A stretch of 64,000 bases of DNA from assembly GCF_009914755.1 (NCBI RefSeq), contig NC_060926.1; one strand, given 5' to 3'. This DNA is from the human T2T-CHM13v2.0 reference genome, Homo sapiens. The notes under the pieces are model-generated. The model was not told the DNA's origin. It saw nothing but the letters and a program-made list of their open reading frames with translations, and made no database searches. Positions within the stretch are counted from its first letter, which is position 1. Every line of letters begins with the position of its first letter. Shown piece after piece: positions 15,535-32,019 of this stretch. A program made the translations under genes and the position numbers.

Positions 15535-16087
15535 TCATGTGGTTTGGATGTGTCCCCACCCAAATCTCATCTTGAATTGTGTAGCTCCTCCCATAATTCC
15601 CACACGTTGTGAGAGGGACCCAGTGGGAGGCGATTGAATCATGGGGGGTAGGTATTTATCGTGGTGTTCTCATGGTAGTGAGTGAGTCTCATGAGATCTG
15701 ATGGTTTTAGAAAGGGGAGTTTCCCTACACAAGCTTTCTTTTGCCTGCTGCCATGTAAGATGTGCCTTTCGCCTTCCGCCATGATTGTGAGGCCTCCCCA
15801 GCCACCTGGAACTGTTGGTCCATTAAAATTAAACCTCTTTTTCTTTATAAATTACCCAGTTTTGGGTACGGTTTTTTTGTTTTGTTTTGTTTTGTTTGTT
15901 TGTTTTTTTGAGATGGAGTCTCGCTCTGTCGCCCAGGTTGGAGTGCCGTGGCACAATCTCAGCTCGCTGCAACCTCCACCTCCCTGGGTTTAAGCAATTC
16001 TCCTGCCTCAGCATCCTAAATAGCTGGGATTACAGGTGTGTACCATCGAGTATGTCCTTATCAGCAGCCTGAAAACAGACTAATACA
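15535..16087 (+). mobile_element. THE1 solo LTR (MaLR) containing an Alu fragment
   Basis: tcatgtggtttggatgtgtccccacccaaatctcatcttgaattgt ... gaaaacagactaataca; 5-bp TSD GTAGG at 15530-15534 and 16088-16092. Confidence 0.92.
15872..16046 (-). mobile_element. 5'-truncated Alu (right monomer) inside THE1
   Basis: (TTTTG)n tail plus gagatggagtctcgctct...ttacaggtgtgtaccat. Confidence 0.92.
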
Positions 16088-16424
16088 GTAGGCTATACAT
16101 CTAGGTTTGTATAAGTACACTCTATGATGTTTGCACAATGACAAAATTGTCTGATGACACATTTCTCAGAACATATCCTCATTTTAAGTAACACATAACT
16201 GTATACTTAAAAAAAAATCACCAAGACCAAGTAGTATTATTCCAGAAATGCAAAGTTGTTTAACACTTGTATTTATAGAATTGACCATGTTTATGTCAAA
16301 AGAGAAAGACATAATCTTATCCCTAAGGTTACCAGAAAGCATTTGGGAAAACTTCCAGTCATTTCTCACAACACATACACACCTATCTTGGAAAAGTGGA
16401 AATGGAAACAAGAGGATAAGCAGA

Positions 16425-16625
16425 GTAGTCAATACTCTCTGAGCCCACTGTTCTGTGCCAGGCATGGTGGTGAGGGTTCCCCCACACCTCCATGAGGTAG
16501 GTTACAACAATTATCTCATTTCACTGACAAGGAAATGGCAGAGAGGAGAAGTAATGTGTAAGGTGTGTCTCAAGGTTGGTGAGTGGTAGAACTGGGAAGT
16601 CAGCCTGGCAGTCTCTCTCTAGAAC
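16425..16625 (-). mobile_element. MIR
   Basis: ctgtgccaggca...aggtagg...ctcatttcactgacaaggaaa, MIR core. Confidence 0.65.
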
Positions 16626-19600
16626 TCTGGGGTGACCCCTCCAATATATTGCTTCTCCTGCCTTCTCTGTAAGTTGTGGAAATCGTGTTTATGCAGAGGT
16701 GAAGAACAGTCAAAATGCCAAATCCCTTGGAAGTGGCCACTGTTTGACTCTTCCCTCTTAGAGAGGCCCCGCTTGCCAGCTTGTTGCTCTAAGGACTGTT
16801 GCATTTTTCTCTTGGTTGGAATAGATTTAATTCAGTTCTCAGCTATCTATGTGGGTCATCTTCTGTAAGTGATAGTGGAGGCAGCTAACTTCCTGATTGT
16901 AACCACTCGTGCCATTGAAACCAAAGACTGGAGCCAAGATATTTGTTTCTGTATCAGGATTTAATCAAGCTTGGATTTGTGAATGGCCATCAAAATTTGA
17001 TTAGAACCAGGTTCTTAACCTCAAATGCCGATTTTCCAAATTGTAGCAATACTTATTTAAAAATTCAAATATAGTATATCATTTATGAAGAACATAAACC
17101 ATTCTGTCAGTAAAGCTGTGTGTCAAATGAACAAAATTAAGTTGAATATATTGTTATAAATACCTTATGTTATCACTTCAAATGAAGCATGGTTAGACAC
17201 GTTTTTAGACAATCACATTAAATAATTTCTTTATTCATCCAGTCTTTTTTTAAAAATGTATTCATCTAACAAACACTCCACACCATGTACTACTACTGGA
17301 GAAATGAAAATGAATGGGAAAAAAATTCCCTGACCTCAAGGAATTCCCATCATGGTGGTAGGTTTTAAAAGTTTCAAAGCCAATTGTCTATCTGTTACAG
17401 TGAGGTAAGTTTTAACAAGTTGAGAGAGAAGAGCCTGTAGAAAAGGAAAAGATATTCCATATTTATGAAAAATCCTCTTTTATTTATTTAAATTTTGACC
17501 ATTAAAAATCATTTTGATTTTGTATTGAAGGCAATGGGGAAGCAGTATAGGGTTTTTAGCAGGGAATCAACAGAGATTTGTACTTAAGAAGATCCTTTTA
17601 GAGGCAGGATGAAGTGAAGGATGGCTGGAAAGGGAGGTGAATGAATTAGAAATGGCAGCAACTGAGATGGCCCTGCGGAGTCACAGGAATTAGGGCAAGG
17701 GACGTGGGACTTATTTTCCAGTGCAGAGTAACAGCTGTTCTCACTCCTAAGGACAGATTAGGAGCAAACTGAATTGAGGAATGAAAAAATTCAGGTTAGG
17801 CTCAGAGGAACATATTACCAGTAAGTCAAGGTTGGTAAGCATGGCAAGGGGCCTTTGAGTGAGATGTTTATCACAAGAAAAATTCCACTTTCTTCCGGAG
17901 GATTTACCTGTGTAATTGCAACCTCAGTAGTTTTATAGCAGAGTTAGTCATGAATTTCCTTGTCTATTTCACCCCCATTCCTCCCCCAGGATTGGGTCAT
18001 TTCTATCTCTGATACTACTTGGCAATCTTTACCTCTGAAAATTCTTGCCCCTGGCATACTATCATCCTAGAAAATAAGTATTTTAGAGATTTAAATATAA
18101 CCAGGTAATCAATGCCCTGTTGTAGTTCACTTCGGCTCATTCAGTCTGCAACTAAGACTGGATCAAACAGACCTAAGGGATTTGTCTCTAATCTGAAGCA
18201 TTCCAAAGAGATTGATTTGAAATTTTCCTAAAGTCCCTGAAAGTCTTCAGCTTGAGAAATGACCCAAGGTCAGGATTAATCCCTTACTTTAGTGTTTCTG
18301 CATTATCGTCCATAACCCACAGGCATCGGAATCACCTAAGATCTTAAATATTGAGATTCTTGGGCCCAGCCCAGACTAAACATTCATATCTGTGGCCCCA
18401 GCCCCAATTCAGTGAATCAGAATGAAGACAGGTTGTTGGGAGAAGGGCAAGTTCAGAAGGGTTTGTGCTTTTAACATGCATAGTTCTTGTGCATATAAAA
18501 ATGTAAAAACAAACAAACAAACAAAAAACTAGTCCGAAGGATGGATCGTGCCTCCCAATGTTAATAGGAAGGCTGCAGCAAGAGCTTATCTTTATATATG
18601 TTAACTCATAAATTATATTGCATGTTTACTCACAGTCTAGAAGGTACCACATTCTGTAGACATGTATGGTTTGACCTAATCACAGAAAGCTAGAAGTAGG
18701 AAAAAACATAGAGATAGCTTTGTCCAATCTAAGAAAACTGAAGACCAGAAAGACTGAAGCTTTTCCCAGGTGCACAGCTGAATGCTAGCAGAGCCTGACT
18801 GTCACCCCACCATCTTATGATATTTCTTTTTGTGATCTCGATGTAGATGGAAAAGAACAGGAACGAAGTTTGTATCTTTACATAGTGTGTATGTGTAGAT
18901 ACAATTCGAAGAAGGGACTTTTTTCCTTTAATCTACACTGATTTTCCATTAGAACATTCTTGAACATCCACTGTATTCACAAAGTTTTTCCTGGGTGCCA
19001 GCAACCCAAAGCACCACACTCTTCCCCATCATCCCACGTCATGCTGGTTCTACACAGAGTTTCAACTCTTGATTGTTCAATTATTGGCTCTCATCTCACT
19101 TCTGTTCTGCATAAGGCCAGCCCACACAAATTTTCCATTGTCCCAAGTACAGCCATAGCACATAGTCGATGCCTAAAGAATGCATATAGATGTAATAGTT
19201 GCCCTATTTTAGAAAACAAGGAAGGCGCTGGTGCATGTTTCTAGTGTGCATTGGAGGCAGGACTCAAAAATCTGCTCAGACTCACAAAGCCATTCATAGC
19301 TGACTCTTCAGCAGTACAAGCAGGGCTAAAATGTTTTGGGTCTCAATTGCAAATTCTAGAAACTTATGCACAGACTCCAAAAGCAAGCATCTTAGTTCTC
19401 TGTGATTTGTACTTGTAAACTTGTTTCTGTCATAAGTAACATGATGTTAATTTACATTAAAGTTTATGGCTTCATTTACATGTTCAATTGCATGTACAAT
19501 TACAATTGAACAATTACATGTTCAATTACAATGAAATGTTCAATTACAAATGTCAGATCTCCTCAACTCTCTGCTTATGTTTTGTTTGGTTTTGCTTTGC

Positions 19601-20161
19601 ATTTATTCCAAAATGTTATTATGAAAATGTTTAAACATTCAAGAACATGGGAAGAAGTGTTCTTCTTAAATTAAGTTTAGATTAGAAATTATATTATTCA
19701 CATTTAATTTTAATGTAATAATGACATGCCTTAAGTATCTTTAAAAAGTTTTGTGTTAACAAATACATTTATTCTTATTAGGTTATGTTACCTTAATGAC
19801 TCTCTTTTTACAGCTAATCAGCTCAAGAAGAAAGAATCAAGATAGTAAAAGCTGGACAGTATTTACTTAGCATCTGTGTAAAAAGCAAGAGGAGATTTTC
19901 TGTGAGAAAAACGGTCTTATTTACAAGTTCATGAATAGTTTTGAAACTTTTCCACTAAGGAGGAAAAAAAAATTCCTCTGTTGTTAAAATGTTAACAGTA
20001 GTTTAATAGGAGTTGACATAGTTAGGTGGAATCAAAAAGCAAAATGCAAAAGCCCAACACATGTTGGGTAGAAAAGGCAAATTTGTCACATCCCAGGCTT
20101 ACATTGTATTTGCCACTGTCGTCTCAGTCAAAGGTTTTTGTTAAGGTCTGAAGACGCAGAA

Positions 20162-20239
20162 AGAAGAATAGTAGCACTGTATCCGTTTCCAGTTGACGTT
20201 AGAAGAATAGTAGCAATGTATCCGTTTCCAGTTGACCTT
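20162..20239. repeat. 39-bp tandem duplication (2 copies, 2 mismatches)
   Basis: agaagaatagtagcaCtgtatccgtttccagttgacGtt / agaagaatagtagcaAtgtatccgtttccagttgacCtt. Confidence 0.95.
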
Positions 20240-21137
20240 ATTTCAATAGACTGTGAAATCCAAGGTGTGGGGTCGTGTGTTTAGAGAAACAAGTAGTTCA
20301 TTCTAAAAACTGAGAAATACCTGATGTCACTATAGACACCAATCAGAAACTACCAAATCCTTTTCAACTGTAAAACAGAAAGGATTCTGAATGGAACGAG
20401 AGATTTAAAACCATCTATGGGACTCAAGCATTGCAACTGTATGTGTTTCTCCTATTGAAATTAATTACTCTTGTCTATTGGAAATGGATAGCCAGATTAA
20501 TTTTTTTCTAAGCACCTCCTGATCCCAAATGAAGCACTGGTCTAGTTTGCCATTACTTGTTTTGATGTATTTTTCAAACACCATGGAATGATGTATTATT
20601 AACTAAAGTATTAAATGGAAACTATAGCACACTTTAAATACCAACCTTTAACCATTAACCTGAATGCTGGTAAAAGGACTTCAAATGATTTTCCAGTACA
20701 CTAAGCCCTGTTTAGCAGTTTGATTTCACGATTGGTTAGCAACACAAAAATCCAGGTGCAGAATTCCCTTCCAGAATATATTCTTGCTATTTTATACTAT
20801 TAAGTACGGGTTCATTAGAACTTGATGTTTTGAATGTGTTGTAACATTGTAGGGTGTCAATATTAGAGCACACCAGTTCTAGCTTGCCTGTGGTATGCAA
20901 TTCACCTGTATTCGGAGAGCTATGTAATTTACACTTGTCTGTATTTTCCTTGTGGCTGTCCCCATGCCTTTTTTCATGTTTCATTGTTCTTCCTAACAAA
21001 TGTTACCATTTCCAACTATAGGTGTTTCTTGAAGCCCTAAATAATCATGCCTGTCTTATTTTAGTATCCAAAGTTTACTAACTGGAGTGAACTGATAATG
21101 CTGGTATGCGGGTATTTTTTTAAAATATATTAATACT

Positions 21138-21420
<283 letters not shown>

Positions 21421-22484
21421 TATATATATATATATATCACATATATATACACATGTGTATATATATAATATGTGTATATATACATATATGTGTATCTATG
21501 TGTATATATACATATGTGTATATATGTGTATCTATGTGTATATATACATATGTGTATATATGTGTATATATGTGTATATATACATATGTGTATATATGTG
21601 TATATATGTGTATATATACATATGTGTATATATGTGTATATATGTGTATATATACATATATGTGTATATATGTGTATATATACATATATGTGTATATATG
21701 TGTATATATACATATATGTGTATATATGTGTATATATACATATATGTGTATATATGTGTATATATACATATATGTGTATATATGTGTATATATGTGTATA
21801 TATGTGTATATATACATATATGTGTATATATGTGTATATATACATATATGTGTATATATACATATATGTGTATATATGTGTATATATACATATATGTATA
21901 TATACACATATATGTGTATATATGTGTATATATACACATATATGTATATATACATATATGTGTATATATGTGTATATATACATATATGTGTATATATACA
22001 TATATGTGTATATATGTGTATATATACATATATGTGTATATATGTGTATATATGTGTATACATACATATATGTGTATATATGTGTATACATACATATATG
22101 TGTATATATGTGTATACATACATATATGTGTATACATACATATATGTGTGTATATGTGTATACATACATATATGTGTGTATATATGTGTATACATATATG
22201 TGTGTATATGTGTATATATACATATATGTGTGTATATATGTGTATATATACATATATGTGTGTATATATGTGTATATATACATATATGTGTGTATATATG
22301 TGTATATATACATATATGTGTGTATATATGTGTATATATACATATATGTGTGTATATATGTGTATATATACATATATGTGTGTATATATGTGTATATATA
22401 CATATATGTGTGTATATATGTGTATATATACATATATGTGTGTATATATGTGTATATATACATATATGTGTGTATATATATACA
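21421..22484. repeat. Complex TA/TG/CA VNTR (~1.06 kb) with higher-order units
   Basis: Eight perfect copies of the 30-mer tgtatatatgtgtatatatacatatatgtg at 22231-22470; 28- and 36-bp variants upstream. Confidence 0.98.
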
Positions 22485-22789
22485 CTACAGTAGCAAAGTC
22501 ATTTATTATCTCCTAGTTTTATTTTCAGCAATAATATTCCAAAAATATTTGCCACATATCAAGCCCATTCCCCTAAAATATAAGCCTCTTAAGCATGAGA
22601 ATTTTGTCTAATGTCAATTGCTGGATTCCCAGCTCCCAGACCAGTACCAGGGCTTAATAAATATTCATTGACTAACATTCAGCCTAGATAGAACCTGAGG
22701 ATGCAGAAGTGGAAAAAATGGTAAGAACCTTTATAGTATGGTGCTGACATTAAATGAACAGCACTAATATTAAGTGGCATCTTAATAAT

Positions 22790-22995
22790 TCGTAGTAGAC
22801 CTAAATTACCTGGATTCAACTCCAAGAATCCAAGATCCACCATTTACTAGCCGGGTGACTTTAAGAAAATTACCTAGTCTTTCTGTGCCTCAATTTTCTC
22901 ATTTGTAATATGCAATAAGGATTAAATAAGTTATTAGAAATAATGTACTTAGAACAATGTCTGTCACATGAGCATTCAATAAATCTAAGCTGCTA
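22790..22995 (+). mobile_element. MIR
   Basis: catttactagccgggtgacttt...tctgtgcctcaattttctcatttgtaa...gtacttagaacaatgtctg. Confidence 0.8.
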
Positions 22996-23899
22996 CTTTT
23001 AGCTGCCACCTGGTACTGCTTCTATTGCTCTTTTCTTCATTTCCTTCTATTTTTTTCTCTTTCTCTATCTTATGTTCTCACTATTTTTTCTTCTCTTTTT
23101 AGGCTTCACACTTATCCTTTACTATAGTTCTGCCAGTGACTCTCACAAACATTGCTTAAACTTTCTGATGATGCTCAGGGTTAGACTCCACCATATACGA
23201 AGGGACCCGTGCAAATGATGGCTGAAGCAGGACAGATTGTCTGGGATTCTAAAGACAGGCTAACAGAATTCCTTGTTGGCATTTTCCTTCTGAATGCCTC
23301 TGTCTTAGCTTAATCCTATTAGCCAACAATTGCCTAGCTGGACACAAGTACCAAGTAGCCAAGGATTTTCAAATTCTATCCCCAGATTTGCCTCAGCCAC
23401 ACTTTAGCTCTTAAGCCGTTCATGCGTAGCTTCCATATTTAGTCAGGGAAACCTAAAATATTCCTTTACTGTGTATCTGGATCCTCAGAACAAAACCTGT
23501 AATGTCAAGTGTGTTTGTGAATATGTGTACACACATAATCACAATCTTCCAAATGTTTAATGTTTCCAATGTACATGACTAATGACTGGTCATATGCGTG
23601 GGCACATACATAATACATGAAGTTGTGTGCAGGTGCAACAGCGGTGATGGAAAACAGGATTCGTATGTCTTTTCCGTTCATCTTTTACAATGGGTAAGTG
23701 AAAATTATGGCAACATTTGATTATATTGCAAATAAGGAGCAGAAGTTTATTTAGAGAGAAATGTAAATGTGGTTACTTTACAAAAAAATTAGCATACTTC
23801 TATATGCAATCTTGAAATCCCAAGAGCTGATATATTCTTTTATTTCATAGTTTAAAATAATCTTATCTGTATATTAAAAATAGAGACTACAAAAAATGT

Positions 23900-24030
23900 T
23901 ATGAGGTTATGTGAGGTTATGCATATGTTATTCAGCTCATTTTGGCTACCCTATTATGTACACATATTTCAAAATATTAGGTTGTATATGAAATAGTGTA
24001 TATACGATATTCTATCAAATAAAATAAATT
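23900..24030 (+). mobile_element. L1MA-type 3' end fragment
   Basis: atgtgaggttatgcatatgttatt...atgtacacatatttcaaaa. Confidence 0.6.
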
Positions 24031-24629
24031 AACTTTTGATAAAGATCAATAATAATATATTGTTCCAGATTGCCAATCTCTGCAAGGTACAAACATTGTG
24101 ATATGTTTATAACATAGGAGAATTTGCTTTCAATGCATTGAGACATACAATGCTTCTATAGTATCTCATAGTTATAGAATGAATATTTTATATTAGAAAT
24201 TATTTTTATAATTGTACATGATCCCAGACATGTAAGCATTTTCTTGATAATATTTATAGCTAAAATTATTATTGATTAAATTAAAATAACATGGAAACAA
24301 GTAAATAACTTCAAAAATATTTATCAATAATAGTATTACATTCCTTCCCACAATGCTTAAAACCCATATGACTATACAACTTAATTCAACAAATATTTTT
24401 TTTTTTGAAATCGACTAAGTTCAAAATACTCTCTTAAACATTTCCTGAGCTTTAAATATTATTAAGACAGTCTCCACTTTCAAGGAACTTCTGGTTTCTT
24501 AGGTATAAAAAGACAAGGGCCCATGCCACTAAATAAAGCAGCATGATGCCAAATGTCGTAAGAGCAGTGTCTTGGCAAGTTGATGCATTGTATCTGGGGA
24601 GATCAAGAGCAGCTTAGCTGAGGCTTTAG

Positions 24630-25112
<483 letters not shown>

Positions 25113-25289
25113 TAGACTTTGGTTCTGAAGATCGAATGAGATTTTGATAGGCTCAGGTGGGAACTGAGGAGAGGGAAGGAAGGACAGCAGGAAGAGAGCC
25201 AGCTGAGCAGCAAAAAGTGAGTTAGTGTGGGAACACTGAAGAGTAGGAGGAAATGGCTGGATCCTTCCAAATGCGGCCCGTGACCTCAT

Positions 25290-25425
25290 ACCAAGAGGTA
25301 TGTAACACCTGAGAACTTGTCAGAAATGCAGACTCTCAAGCCCTGCCCCAGACCTAATGAGTCCGAATCTGTGTCTTAAAAAGACTCACAGGTGATTTGT
25401 ATGCACGTGGAGGTTGGAGAAGCTT
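25290..25425. mobile_element. MER5 fragment
   Basis: cacctgagaacttgtcagaaatgcagactctc...ccccagacc...caggtgatttgtatgcac. Confidence 0.7.
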
Positions 25426-25489
25426 GGGCTTGATCACAGGGTAGCAATAACGACGAAAATCACTGACACACACTCGTATGCAGGTTTAC

Positions 25490-25660
25490 ATGTCTTAGCT
25501 AAGCCTCATACCAACCCATAAGGAAGTATTCTTTATCATCACCCCATTTTCTAGATGAAGAAATTGAAACTCAGGTTTGTTTGCTCATCTAGAAAGTAAT
25601 GGAACAGAGATTCAAACCCAGACCCCTAACTGCTACAAAGCACTTGCACTGCATACTTGC
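25490..25660 (-). mobile_element. MIR
   Basis: ccccattttctagatgaagaaattga...agattcaaacccag. Confidence 0.7.
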
Positions 25661-26099
25661 ACTGTGTCACCACTTTTGTGGTTAAGAGGAAGCCCAGGAG
25701 ACACCCTGGAATGGAAGAGGAGGGCTCTGATATGTACTCCAGAGGAAATCCTGAGTCCTGGGCTAGGAAGAGCAGGTCTGTGAATGAGGGGGCCCTGTCC
25801 TACCCTCCAAGCCAGAGCCCAGAAAAGGCAACCCTATCCCTTTCCACTCGTCATCTCTTGCCTTTCATTCCAGGTTTCTAAACTAAGAGAACTTATCTGT
25901 GCCTTAGAAAAAGAGTTCTAGGAAAACAACCAAGAAAGTTAGTAACCCCACAGAAATGGAATACCTAGTCACCAAATTAAAAATAAAACACACACTAAAA
26001 AAATGCATTTTAGTATAACATAAAAATAAATATATCTTCCAAATATTTATTTCTTCTTCACTTCTTGTTTATTTCCCTACATTCTCCCTCCTCTCTCTC

Positions 26100-26690
26100 G
26101 TAGCCGAAACACAGGTTCAGTGGCCCACTGCTTGCAGAGTCCAGTTAACAAGAGTGTGGTTTGTATAATTAAAGTGACTTTTTATTCTAAACCTAGCTTA
26201 CGGGAAGGAGTACAGTACAGGCTTCCCACCTTAAGGATACTGCTTCACTTTTGGAGCAGAAAGCAGGTGCTTTAAAGGGCAGGGGGGTTTGCAGGGGCAG
26301 AAGTGACTAGTTAGGGGTTCACATACGCACTTTGGTGCCTTATCTACCGGGCATTGGAGCTGGTGTCTTCATGGGCAGAAATAGGTTGTAAATGTGGCCA
26401 AAAGCTCTCCAGGTGAGACAGAGTTTCACAGCAGGCATACTTTGGATTGTAAATTGAGTGTTATCTCTCAAAGCAGTCCCCTGGTGGGGGAGAGTTCTGC
26501 TCTGGAGCTTCTAAGCCCATAGTTGGATAAACTTGCCCTGTAGGGAGTGTCTGGTGAAGGGGAGGTAAAAGGTTATAATTGAAGGGGCTAAGTAGGAAGT
26601 GGGGAATAGGGAGAAATGGAGAAAAGAGAAGAAAAATAATTAAAAAATAGTAATGCATTCTCCTCTTAGAAAAATTGGAGTATTGGTTAC
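26100..26690 (-). mobile_element. ERV1 (MER4-group) solo LTR, subfamily uncertain
   Basis: Starts gtagccgaaacacaggttcag...gcttgcagagtccagttaacaagag, with a minus-strand AATAAA; ends ...ttggttac. Confidence 0.6.
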
Positions 26691-26716
26691 TCTCTCCCCC
26701 CGCCCCCCCACACACA

Positions 26717-27447
26717 CGAAACCACCTTTGCAAAATTATAACTGAGGAAATTATGACAGTGAAATAAATCTAACTTAACCAACTCTATTTTGCTTCTAAC
26801 CCTTAAGCTGTCCTTGTTCATTCCTGGGCATAGGCCGAACTGACTTTGGGAAGGAATTCAGTTCATGGTTTGACTCTGAAACAAAATTGATAACAGCCCT
26901 TTCCCAAAAAGACCCCCTTCTTGCCTGGGGACCAGTTTGCCTTTGCAGGACTAACAAATTAGCTACAAGATGAGAAATTACACTTTCAGGGTCATGCGGC
27001 TTCTGGCTTCAAGAGTCCGAACCTCCCCAAATTGCTCCTGGGGGTAACATCATTATTGTAAAACCTAAGATCAGTGCTTGAGACATTTTGTAGACCCTGC
27101 ACTCAATGGATCAGCTAACCCCGCCCAGACCTGTAATCTGGTCCAACCCAGTTGTACCAATGCACTCAGGAACAGAAGACATTAAGAAAACCTAACTCCG
27201 ACCCATGAAGATTCCATCTCCAACCTGACCAGTCAGCTCTCCCCACTTCCCAAGCCCCTACCCGCCAAACTATCTTTAAAAACTCTGATCCCCAAATGTT
27301 CGGGGAGACTGAGTTGAGTAATGATGAATATTCCGTCTCCTGCACAGCCGGCTCTGCGTGAATTACTCTTTCTCCATTGCAGTTCCCCTGTCTTGATAAA
27401 TCAGTTCTGTCTAGGCAGCAAGAAAGGTGAACCCATTAGGCGGTTGG

Positions 27448-27452
<5 letters not shown>
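26717..27452 (+). mobile_element. LTR8 (ERV1) solo LTR
   Basis: gaaaccacctttgcaaaattataactgaggaaattatgacagtg ... ggtgaacccattaggcggttggttaca. Confidence 0.88.

Positions 27453-27492
<40 letters not shown>
27450..27492. repeat. (CA)n microsatellite
   Basis: About 21 CA units abutting the LTR8 3' CA. Confidence 0.97.
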
Positions 27493-27498
<6 letters not shown>

Positions 27499-28221
27499 CA
27501 GAAGGAGGTAAGTACAAAGTTCTAGAAAGAGGAGCAAAAAACAAAGAAAGAGGAGGGAGAGAAACAAAATTATGCTGTGTGCAAATATTTCAAATATGTT
27601 AAAATTTTCCTAAAGTTTTCATGGAATTTTTATCTTAAATGGCAAGAGAAAGAAGGAAGAAAGAACAGGAAGAGAATACAAGTTGAGGAATTCCCAAGGG
27701 AAAGCAGAAGGAAAGGGAAGCATTACAAACAAACTTTTGGAACCTCATTTTTTGCCTAAGCCAGATGTTTCTGAACGACACAAAACATGACTTGAGAAAA
27801 AGTGGCTCTGCCAACCATGGTCATACATCACCAGCACAATGTTAATTCCTGTTCCAAACAGGGGTACTTGAAAGGTCATCCCAGGATAATCTTGGGGATT
27901 CCCTAAGAGTATGTGGCCTATGTTGCGTCCAGCTGGTTCTAGATGGTCCAATTCAGATGCATCTGCTTTTCCAGTGGACCATCTAGAACATCCCTTCTTG
28001 CTCCCTTCACTCCAGCCAGACTGGCCCAGTGGCCTTAGGTCCTCAGCAGGCCTGAACCTTTTACTTCTGGACTTTGCTTGTCATCCTCCCTGCCTGGTAT
28101 ATCTTCCCCAACGGATTCCTTGTTTTGAATCCTGCTATCTCTGTTAACGCAGTACTAGCCCCATCTCTTCTGTGAAGCCTCTGTGTCCGAATCTTCTGGG
28201 AACTCCACCTCCTCTGTGTTA

Positions 28222-28591
<370 letters not shown>

Positions 28592-28649
28592 TTATATGGA
28601 TATGTTCTGACCAACTCTCAAATGCCTGATGGAATGAACTGGGTAATTG

Positions 28650-28795
28650 GGATGTTAGGCAAGTTGCTTAGCTTTCTTGTCTGTAAATTGGGAATAATAA
28701 TACAACACACTTATAAGATTGTAAAGATCTAATGAGTTCCTGTAAGTAAAGTTCTTAATACAGTGCCAGGCATGTAGTAAAAGCTATCTGTGTTA
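28650..28795 (+). mobile_element. MIR
   Basis: ggcaagttgctta...ctgtaaattgggaataata...cagtgccaggcatgtagt. Confidence 0.7.
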
Positions 28796-28942
28796 TTTAT
28801 GAGTTTACCTTTGGGACATTGTTGAACCAAACCTTAACTGATGTTAAATATTGTTGCAGAAACAGGACAGAGGCTCCAAAGCATCTTTGTAGGTGCCTTT
28901 AACAAGCATTGCAAAGCTATCCTACATTATAAAGTACAATCA

Positions 28943-29983
<1,041 letters not shown>

Positions 29984-30142
29984 CCATAAAGCTGTAGTTT
30001 ATTCATTTTCACTGCTGTATAACATCCCATCCTATGAATGTAACAAAATTTGTTTTTCCATTCTACCATTGGGGCATGCATGGGGTTTCTCAGTTTTTAC
30101 TATCACAAAGCTACTGTGAACACGTTTGCACATTTGTCCTGA

Positions 30143-30748
<606 letters not shown>

Positions 30749-32019
30749 TGAATACTCATGACATTGAGCATGTGTTTATATGTTTATGGATTATTTGTGT
30801 ATCCTCTTCTGAAAAATGACTGCACGTATCTTTTCTGTTTTTTTTGTTTTTTTTTGTCTTTTTCTTATTGATTCTTGGGCACTAATTCTTTGTTATAGAT
30901 ATTGCAAATACATCACAGTTTGTGACCTATGACATCTTCTGAGAAACAAATTCTTAAATTTTAATATAGTAGAATTTATCCATCTTTTCCTTTATAGTTT
31001 ATGTTTTTGCATCTTTTTAATGATATCTTTCCCTACCCCAAGGTCATAAAGATACCCTCTGAAACTTCCCCCTAAAGGTTTTAAAATTTTGGCTTTTCCA
31101 TTTGAGTCCTTAGTTCATTTGGCATTGAACTTTTATGAGTTAGAGAAACTTTGCATTGTTTTCTATATGAATGACCAATGCACTCAGCCTCTTTATCTGT
31201 CCTTTCCCCAGGAATCTGTAGTGCCAGGTCTGCCATATATGAGGTTTCTACATATGGAGGACCCACTTCTGGGTTCTCTATGCTGTTCCATTGGTACATT
31301 TGTCCATCTGTACACCAACACCACAGTATCTTAATTACTATAATTTTATACTATAAGTGTTGGAATCTAGAAGGGCAAGCTCCCTCCTGGGTCCCTCCCA
31401 TTGCACTTCCAAATACATTTTAGAAGGGTGCTTTACATTTTTTATGACTCTTGGACATCCCCAGTGCACGTTATTGCTCTTGTCTTACAGCAAAAAGAAT
31501 ATTCTTAGCTCTCACTCTGAGGCCACAGTGTAGGGTGAACACCCATGATTTAATGAAAGCAGTTGAGAGGTTTCAAAGTCAAGACACAACATTGTCTTTC
31601 TTGACTAATTGGAGACTATAAACCTGCTTAAAGCCAAACTAAAGACCCTTGCACTAAACATGGCTCTTGACTCAATAATAGCCTTGGCCGTTCATAAACA
31701 AACCTGTTTTGGTCAAACTTTGGTTTGACATTTAAAACCTTGTAAACATAATAGCTACTTCCTTTCATCCTGACCCAACTTGGCTTCCTCCAAGGCAAAT
31801 CAAGGTCACAGTGCTATTTTAGGGTACAGTGAAAATTAAGTTTCTTAGGATGCCTTAAATAGCTGAAGCGTAGGCTGAAACATAAACTGGAATTAATTAA
31901 AAGAGACCACATGTATAAGAGTGTGGAGATCCAGAGAGGGTACTTAACCAGCCCAAGATCACACAGTCTGAAAAACTCAAGTCTCTTTACTCTCTGTTCC
32001 AATTTTTTCTATTCTATAC

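Noticed and set aside
17385-17410. acAG-TGAG-GTAAGT as a 4-nt microexon
   Set aside because: Strong donor but weak pyrimidine tract, frameshifting length and an L2-like context; expected by chance.
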